Part shown: positions 55,455 to 64,000 of the stretch, one piece after another | Layout: the number at the start of each line of letters is the position of its first letter | How positions within the stretch are numbered: position 1 is the stretch's first letter | Source: Octopus vulgaris | Taxonomy: Eukaryota | DNA length: 64,000 nt | Assembly (NCBI GenBank): GCA_951406725.2 | Contig: OX597831.1 | Coordinates: 27,962,001-28,026,000 of the forward strand | Direction of reading: 5' to 3' | The notes under the pieces: generated by a model | What the model was told of the DNA's origin: nothing | The model's database searches: none | Seen by the model: only the letters and a program-made list of their open reading frames with translations | Made by a program: the position numbers and the translations under genes

Positions 55455-56723
55455 ATGTTTTCGTCATTACTCTTTAAAAGTTCACCGTGTTACTTCCTTC
55501 AAAGTTTTAAACATATTTACTCCACCTTGCATACATGGAAGACACCTACCAGAAGTGTAATGGCACCAAACAGTGTTGACTTGAGAAACAGTCATCAAAG
55601 ATACGTCGGAAAATCACCTACCATTGTTGGTTATTTCTTTCCTCGAAACAAAAGAATTCGTAAGGAATATACAGATGCCATTGATATTGTCATTGAAAAC
55701 AACCCAGAGAAGATTGATAAAATTGCTACCCTGATGTCTTGTAGCAACGAACAAGCTGAGAAATTGGTCCGTGCAGATTCCAGATTAGTCACAGTGATAA
55801 GCTTTCAGAAGGTGCAGAGCACAATTTCTAAGCTCCGACAGGCAGGATTTTCAGCAGACAGCATTATCAAATATTCCGGCATATTTTCCAGGAATTTGGG
55901 AGCTTTACAGCGTCGACTAGATGACATGCAGTTGTTCCGTAAGTACCATTACTCAATGGAGTGCGTGTTTATGGGTCAAGAAAAGTATGAGAAAATACGT
56001 GGCATGCTTCTGAGGGAAGCCATATTAATGGGCCAGCATCCAACAAGGTTGAGCTATTTGTCCGAATTGCTGGAGTGCAGTGAAAATCAGCTGCAGGAAG
56101 CTATTGCATCTGGTTGTACCATCTTGAGAAAAAGAAAATTGTCAGTCCTGAAGGTTGTAGTTAATCTGTATGTCAGAAATGGAATAACAAAGAAAGACAT
56201 TGTTGATAATATCGGTATACTTCGCTTAAAACCTCTCGATTGTAAACAGCGCCTGAAAGTATTGATACAACCATACTATGACAAAGACAAAAAAATTGAA
56301 ATGCTATATAAACCCCGAAAGTTATTTTACGTAAGTCACAGGAATTATTCAGAAAATCGAGAGGCACTTGGCACACATGAAAACAAGTACCACTATTTAC
56401 AAGAGCGCCTGAACTGCAGTAGACTGGAGCTTGAACTATTATTCATCAAAGCTCCTATAATCAGGATAACTTCTCCAAGACGTTTGAAGAGAGTCCTAGA
56501 TATTCTCTTGGATGAATTTGGTTTCTCTACCCAAACAATATTCCGAAATTATCACCTTCTATTTTTCAGTGAAAACAGATTGAAGCATCGGTGGAGAATT
56601 TTAGAAAATTTTAATTTGCACGAGAGTGATAAAATTGCTGACTTAATTTTACCTAAGAAAAAGTTTGAAATGAAATATCATGAGACTTCTTCTGATGAAG
56701 AATTTTTAGATGATAAATCATAA
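55455..56723 (+). CDS. mTERF-family (mitochondrial transcription termination factor-like) protein, single large coding exon
   Basis: 422-aa non-repetitive ORF. N-terminus is Ser/Lys/Phe-rich with no acidic residue in the first ~40 aa (targeting-peptide-like). Leu-rich helical repeats typical of mTERF motifs, e.g. 'QKVQSTISKLRQAGFSADSIIKYSGIF' and 'PRRLKRVLDILLDEFGFSTQTIFRNYHLLFFSENRLKHRWRIL'. ATG context AACATG. Family call is by motif recognition only. Confidence 0.8.
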   Translation: MFSSLLFKSSPCYFLQSFKHIYSTLHTWKTPTRSVMAPNSVDLRNSHQRYVGKSPTIVGYFFPRNKRIRKEYTDAIDIVIENNPEKIDKIATLMSCSNEQAEKLVRADSRLVTVISFQKVQSTISKLRQAGFSADSIIKYSGIFSRNLGALQRRLDDMQLFRKYHYSMECVFMGQEKYEKIRGMLLREAILMGQHPTRLSYLSELLECSENQLQEAIASGCTILRKRKLSVLKVVVNLYVRNGITKKDIVDNIGILRLKPLDCKQRLKVLIQPYYDKDKKIEMLYKPRKLFYVSHRNYSENREALGTHENKYHYLQERLNCSRLELELLFIKAPIIRITSPRRLKRVLDILLDEFGFSTQTIFRNYHLLFFSENRLKHRWRILENFNLHESDKIADLILPKKKFEMKYHETSSDEEFLDDKS

Positions 56724-57608
56724 CAACAGCTTCTCTTATTTCTTCGTGTCTTGTTATTTCCTTCTACTAATATTGTTGTATTTTAACATGCTGTTCTTTC
56801 TTTTCTTATTTTTTGTCTTCATCTCTCTTTGTATTCTGTCTTCTGTCAGGAAGACAAACTGTAAAATATGCTCCTTGACCCCTCCCTGTCACCAGATACC
56901 CCCAAATCATTAAGAAAATCTAAAAGCTCAAAAGCTTTAGGAATCATATAAAATCACAACCATACAGCTAACTTTAGACTTGTACACTGTTCAGACCTTT
57001 ATGAGCTACTTCAACTCCTTTGGTATCAAAACACTTTGCAGTATTATGAGTTACCATTTGTCAAATTTTATATCCAACCAATGACTCCACTCAGAAACTG
57101 ACATGTGTCCTTTTACTTGTATGAATTAGGCTGCACATGTTCAGATCATTTGGCCATGTTGATCACTTGTCTCAGTTAAACTCTGTTTACTGTGTTCTCT
57201 TCATTGAGGATCCAACTGGGTTGACATCACATGTTGATCGACCACATGCCACATGGTCACGGCAGAGGTATCTCATGGAGATGGGGACTGACTGGGACTG
57301 CACTCGACAGGACACTCAGAAGGACCCAAGAATATACTGACAAATGGTGAATGCAGCAATGCACTGCAGCAGTACTTGCCCCCACACCTGACTTGCTCAT
57401 ACAACTAAGCACCCTCCCCAGGACTTAGGGGAATCTTTCTATTCACTAACACAGACAGCTGGTCATACCAAGACTGTTAGATTCTGAACCTGGACCAAAT
57501 TATCATCTTCATCACCATCATCGTTTTAGTGTTCACTTTTCCTTGCTTGCATGTGTCAGACTGAATTTGTTATATATATAAACATATATATATATATATT
57601 TATAATCT

Positions 57609-57644
<36 letters not shown>

Positions 57645-57648
<4 letters not shown>

Positions 57649-58016
57649 GAGGGCATTATTACACATAAATGCCTCACACTAAGAGGGACTAAGTCATTAC
57701 TACCAAAATTATACTAATCATACCCAAATGCACTTTTTCAAAGCAAGACATTTAAAAAAATGAATTTTTTTAAATGTCTTGCTTTGAAAAACTGCATTTG
57801 GGTATGATTAGTATAATTTTGGTAGTAATGACTTAGTCCCTCTTAGTGTGAGGCATTTATGTGTAATAATGCCCTTTATACAATATAGATATAATTAATT
57901 TGTTCAAAAGAAAAAAATTATTTTCGAATTCTTTTCTTTTTATGAGGTTTTCACGCTAACTACCCGATAATTTCTTGTTAAGATTCCTTATTAAGAGGTT
58001 ATCCTTAATTGTTAAA
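57645..58016 (+). mobile_element. Fold-back, circularly permuted copy of the 48866-49365 repeat
   Basis: ~115-bp inverted arms 57645-57760 and 57765-57880 (loop TGAA) match 48866-48985. They are followed by 57890-58016, which matches the reverse complement of ~49244-49365. Confidence 0.75.
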
Positions 58017-58342
<326 letters not shown>

Positions 58343-58644
58343 ATTTATTTGTCTGACCCATGCTAGCATGGAAAACGGACGTTAAACGATGATGATGATA
58401 TATTTCTTTATTGCCTACAAGGGGCTAAACATAGAGGAGACAAACAAGGACAGACAAAGAAATTAAGTCAATTCCATCGATCCCAGTGCGTATCTGGTAC
58501 TTATTTAATCAACCCTGAAAGGATGACAGGCAAAGTCGACCTCGGCGGAATTTCATCCTTTCGGTGTTGATTAAATAAGTACCAGTTACGCACTGGGATC
58601 AATGTAATCGACTTAATCCCTTTGTCTGTCCTTGTTTGTCCCCT

Positions 58645-59020
58645 CGGGTGAATCAAAATTCACCATATATAGGAACAATTTATATTTTTATAAGAAACAG
58701 TTTATAAGAACAGTATTTTTTTTTTATTTAGCAGGCTCTATATGGTTACCATTGTTTTGAATACACATTGCAATACGTTTGCCCCACTCATTTTGAACTT
58801 GTAATAGCACATCTGGTGATACGTGTGCAAAGGAGTTGGTGATACGTTCCTTCAAATGATTTATGTCTTTTATCTTTCCACGATACACCATGCCTTTCAA
58901 ATGCCCCCATTTATAGAAGTCAAGAGGGGTTCAGATCAGAGGATCTAGGGAATCTTATAAACTGTCTCTTATAAAAAAAGAAATTTTTCCTATGTATGGA
59001 GACTTTTGAATCACCCTGTA
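58645..59020 (-). mobile_element. Internally deleted Tc1/Tc3-like element
   Basis: TIRs gggtgaatcaaaattcaccatatataggaa and ttcctatgtatggagacttttgaatcaccctgta; minus-strand relic 'PRSSDL..PLDFYKWGHLKGMVYRGKIKDINHLKERIT'. Confidence 0.8.
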
Positions 59021-59022
59021 TA

Positions 59023-60632
59023 TCATCATCATCATCATCATCATCGTTTAACGTCCGCTTTCCATGCTAGCATGGGTTGGACGGTTCAACTGGGGTCTGG
59101 CAAGCCCGAAGGCTGCACCAGGCCAGTCAGATCTGGCAGTGTTTCTACAGCTGGATGCCCTTCCTAACGCCAACCACTCCGAGAGTGTAGTGGGTGATTT
59201 TATGTGCCACCGACACAGGTGCCAGACGAGGCTGGCAGACGGCCACGCTCGGATGGTGTTTTTTATGTGCCACCGACACAGGTGCCAGACGAGGCTGGCT
59301 GACGGCCATGCTCGGATGGTGTTTTCTTATGTGTCACCGACACAGGTGCCAGACGGGGCTGGCGGACGGCCACACTCGGATGGTGTTTGTTACGTGCCCT
59401 CAGCACGGAGGCCAGTCGTTGCGGTACTGGCTACGATCACGTTCGGATGGTTTTCTTATGTGCCACCGGCACTGGTACCACAAGGATACAAACTCCATTC
59501 ATGTTCATCTATTTTGATTTGGTTCGATTTGATTTGATTTGATTCGATTCGATTCTCACTTGCCTCAACAGGTCTTCACAAGTGTCACAAGAAGGAAGGT
59601 ATGCACAGGTGGACTGACTACGTCCCAGGTAGGGGCCACGGATTATGGCTTCACTAGTCTTGCCGGGTCTTCTCACGCACAGCATACTTCCATAGGTCTC
59701 GGTCTCTAGTCATTTCCATGGTGAGACCTAACGTCCGAAGGTCGTGCTTCACCACTTCGTCCCAGGTTTTCCTGGGTCTACCTCTTCCACGGGTTCTCTC
59801 AACTGCTAGGGATTGGCACTTTCTCACACACCTATCTTCATCCATTCTCGCCACATGACCATACCAGCGCAATCGTCTCTCTTGCACACAACAACTGATG
59901 CTTCTTAGATACAACATTTCTCTCAAGGTACTAACGCTCTGTCGAGTAAGTACACTGACATTACACATCCATCGGAGCATACTGGCTTCGTTCCTCACAA
60001 GCTTACGCATGTCCTCAGCAGTCACGGCCCATGTTTCACTGCCATGTAGCATAGCTGTTCGTACACATGCATCATACAGTCTGCCTTTTACTCTGAGCGA
60101 GAGGCCTTTAGTCACCAGCAGAGGTAAGAGCTCCCTAAACTTTGCCCAGGCTATTCTTATTCTAGCAGTTACACTTTCAGCGCACCCGCCCCCACTACTG
60201 ACTTGGTCACCTAGATAGCGGAAGCTATCAACTACTTCTAGTTTTTCCCCCGGAAAGTGACGGAAGTTGTTTTCTGCAGATTTTCGGAGGTCAATGCTCC
60301 AGAGCATCTGCCACATACAAAAACTATCTTCCCAGTTAGCCTACCTTTGACATTGCTGCACCTCTTATGTGTCCATAGCTTACACTGGGTACATCTTATA
60401 GAGTTTCTACCTACACCTTTTCTACAGATCGAGCAGGGCCATCTTCCTGAGGATATTTGTGGATTTTCTAACTTTCTACTTATTAGTACTTTGGTTTTAG
60501 CTAGGTTGACTCTAAGGCCCCTCGATTCTAAACCCTCCTTCCACAACTGGAACTTCTCCTCCAGTTCTGATAGTGACTCAGCGATTAGAGCGAGGTCGTC
60601 AGCATAGAGGAGCTCCCAGGGGCAACCTGTCT
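59023..60632 (-). mobile_element. 5'-truncated RTE-clade LINE with 3' UTR and (GAT)n tail
   Basis: Minus: 'PWELLYADDLALIAES..GLRVNLAKTKVL', Cys-rich insert 'WPCSICRKGV..CTQCKLWTHKRC..CGRC', 'FRYLGD', 'MLHGSETWA', 'RLRWYGHVARM', 'RGRGRPRKTW'; one frameshift near 60240-60316; stop at 59654. Confidence 0.9.
59198..59470. repeat. ~65-bp tandem repeat (3-4 units) in the RTE 3' UTR
   Basis: tatgtgccaccgacacaggtgccagacgaggctggcagacggccacgctcggatggtgtt repeated. Confidence 0.85.
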
Positions 60633-60688
60633 CTGGGAGCTCCTCTATGCTGACGACCTCGCTCTCTATATATATATATATAGGTATA

Positions 60689-61013
60689 GGTGCTGGAGTG
60701 GCTGTGTGGTAAGTAGCTTGCTAACCAACCACATGGTTCCGGGTTCAGTCCCACTGCGTGGCATCTTGGGCAAATGTCTTCTGCTATAGCCCCGGGCCAA
60801 CCAATGCCTTGTGAGTGGATTTGGTAGACGGAAACTGAAAGAAGCCTGTCGTATATATGTATATATATATGTGTGTGTGTTTGTCCCGGTTCGGCAAAAG
60901 AGACTGATAAAATAAGTACTGGGCTTACAAAGAATAAGTCCCAGGGTCAATTTGCTCGACTAAAGGCGGTGCTCCAGCATGGCTGCAGTCAAATGACTGA
61001 AACAAGTAAAAGA

Positions 61014-61014
<1 letters not shown>
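60689..61014 (+). mobile_element. SINE family A copy
   Basis: Matches family A with an internal deletion. Confidence 0.85.
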
Positions 61015-61047
<33 letters not shown>

Positions 61048-61417
61048 CGAGTTTTTATCAGGTTCCATCTACCAAATCCACTTAAAAGGTTTTGGTCAGC
61101 ACAGGGCTAGAATGGAACATACTCGCCCAAGGTGCCATGCAGTGGGACTGAAACGGGAACCATGTGGTTAGAATACAAACTTATTAACCAGATAGCCACA
61201 CACACGTGTGTGTGTGTATCACATGCACACGGAATAGCTTCACAGAAAGTCGTCGAGGTGTTTATCACGTTATGTAAGGCAATAAACATAAAACGTCAAG
61301 AAGAGCTAGAAACGATGAGAGGGGGAACATAAGGTTCCTTGTATCTCCTAGTTGCAACACTCTTTCTTCCCCAATGCTGCACTTTACATACAGAACACTT
61401 TTGCAACAACAAGTTGT

Positions 61418-61449
<32 letters not shown>

Positions 61450-61467
61450 AGTGTGTGTGTGTGTGAA

Positions 61468-61510
<43 letters not shown>

Positions 61511-61885
61511 GTACGTGTGTGTGTATAAATGCAGTACATTGTAACTACTTTGATAGCTTTAGCATAAGTTTGGTTTGCTGACGTGGGTATTAATGTTGGT
61601 TGTGGTAGGTGTGGTGGTAGTCGTGGTGACTGTGATGGTCATGTCTGTGAAGGTGGTGGTGGTGGTGGTGGTGGTTGATATCTGTGACGTTAATGGTAGA
61701 CCTTTATAATCCGTTACATTCATTATCTATTTCCAAATATTTATTAAGCATTTTACATGTTCACCGGGTTTTCTTCTTGTATGTGTGTGTGTATATACAC
61801 GTATATATGTATATATACATGTATGTGTATATATACATATATATGGATATATATATGTATGTATCTATATAGATATATATAAGGG

Positions 61886-61919
<34 letters not shown>

Positions 61920-61961
61920 TGTATATATATATATATATATGGGTATATATATATATAGGTG

Positions 61962-61992
<31 letters not shown>

Positions 61993-62055
61993 ATATTTCG
62001 GAATGGTCATATTGCCAGTTTAGCCAATAAAATCTTGCACAACAAATATTTAAAC

Positions 62056-62095
<40 letters not shown>

Positions 62096-62122
62096 TATAT
62101 AGATAGATAGATATACATATGG

Positions 62123-62153
<31 letters not shown>

Positions 62154-62172
62154 GTATGGATATATATATATG

Positions 62173-62256
<84 letters not shown>

Positions 62257-62323
62257 TATATATATATATATAGCTATATATATATATATATATATATACA
62301 GATATATATATACATGCATATAG

Positions 62324-62361
<38 letters not shown>

Positions 62362-62466
62362 ATATATATATATATATGTACATGTATATATATTATATAC
62401 ACTTATATATATCCATTGTACCCATATATGCATATATTTATATATTATTTATATTATTATATATAT

Positions 62467-62645
62467 AGGGAGAATTCACAAAAAAAAAACAAAAGACAAA
62501 GACAGGAGGTGTTGACAACAAACAGAAGTATTAGTATAACACTCAGGAAGTGAAAAAGTCTTTAATGTTTTGAGCCTACGCTCTTCCACAGAAAGAAACA
62601 AGGAGAGAAAATAAAGAATGTATAGTGGCTAGCGATCTATCATGG
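62467..62645 (-). mobile_element. Copy of the 11925-12105 repeat
   Basis: Minus: TCTTT-CTGTGGA-A-GAGC(GTAG)GCTC-AAAA-CATT-AAAGA; next to (TA)n. Confidence 0.55.
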
Positions 62646-64000
62646 AAGTTCTGTGTATTGGATGGTAGCTCATCCAACAGATAGATAGATGGATGGATGT
62701 ATAGACACACACACACACACACGATCATCTAATTTCATATGTGTTTCATCTCATGAATTACTGAATCCAGGGAGGAAGGGACATAGTCAATAGCCTATTT
62801 TTATCGGTTTTTTTCCTGTTGTAGGGAGAGTAAGTTTTACTGGTCTAGTGTAATTGTGATGTGTGTATAACACACACGTGCTCACATACCGGTACATGCA
62901 TGCACACTCGCACATGCACATATACATACACACACCTATACACATATACATATACACACACAGGAACGCATTCTGACAGGAACACATCAGGAGTTAAATA
63001 TAGTTAACAACACGAATAGAAATCCAAGAGTTCTGTTAGACTGTAGGGACAACAACAACGCTGACAATGACAGTAATGTGAAGAGAGGCAATATCATAAC
63101 TATTAACATCACCACCACTACAACCGCCACAACCATTATCACCACAGCTACCACCACCAACACACATACACCACCAACAGCAACACCACAATCACAGCCA
63201 CCACTACTAAACCACATACACACTACCACCACTACCACCATCTTTATCACCACCTCCACCACCACTACCATCTCCATCGCCACCATCACCACCACTACTG
63301 CCATCTCATCACCATCTCTGCCACCACCACCACCAACACTACTGTAGCACGAAACTTCAAAACCTCACTTGTTTCTTGTCATCAAAGAAGAGACTGTGTG
63401 TCGATTGAGGGAACATGGGTGGGGGGAAGGTGTAGGGGTAGGTAGGTAGGTAAATGGGTGATTAGAGAAGTGACGGTCGGACATAGATCTAGGTGGACAT
63501 TGATCAGGGTGAACATAGATCGGGGTGGATGGTAGCATGTCTGTAGCATGACTATACATTTGCGTGCGTGTATGTAAGTGTGTGCATGTGTGTTTGTGTA
63601 TGTGTGTGTGTGCGTGTGCATATGTAGAGGCCTTTGTGGATATTGTTTATCCCTGGTCAACACAGACCAATGCCTTAGATCAATGATCAAAGGCATTCCA
63701 GTCATGACCAACCCGTCTCTACACATCGGAGCCATTCTTATGAAGATTAAGCCAAAACAGATTTCCATCCATCTGTCTTCTCTGTCCACTATCCCTGGGG
63801 TCGGAGCATAGGTTAGAATCCTCAGGCACCTCTCCTCTTTTAGTAGACCCATCAGAAACAACTGTCATTCGACTCTCTGGCTGGACACCCGAGTGTGACT
63901 GACAGAGAGACTATGGATAATATCCAACTGCTTCATTCTTGCGTTATCCCTAGGTCCCTTGTTGGATGGCTTGGCTTAAAGTATCTGTCTTGTGATTCCT

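Overview
AT-rich, microsatellite-dense metazoan genomic DNA. The SINE families, (TA)n/(TATG)n/(CA)n load and repeat mix look like an octopus (cephalopod) genome; this is inferred from repeat style, not verified. Only one convincing protein-coding region is present: a ~422-aa mTERF-like ORF at 55455-56723 (+), preceded by a strong splice acceptor. Nearly all other ORFs in the track are simple-repeat artefacts or transposon relics: Tc1/mariner, non-autonomous Helitrons, RTE, L1/Tx1-like and CR1-like LINE pieces, a Penelope-type GIY-YIG endonuclease remnant, three tRNA-derived SINE families, minisatellites, and a 3.3-kb A/T-tract satellite. The main unexpected signal is a set of type I hammerhead ribozyme (HHR) motifs read directly from the sequence. 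Seven have intact or near-intact cores (15252, 15962, 20659, 21191, 26274, 41629, 48987) and several more are decayed. They sit in at least six unrelated non-coding repeat families that mostly lie next to microsatellites. In two families a sister copy begins a few nt downstream of the predicted self-cleavage site and folds back into a long hairpin, and one sister copy is circularly permuted. Another family joins a tRNA-derived Pol III head to a minimal HHR tail and has a 10-bp target-site duplication. Together this suggests a Penelope-mobilised, retrozyme-like system of self-cleaving, possibly circular, RNAs. No computation or database search was run.
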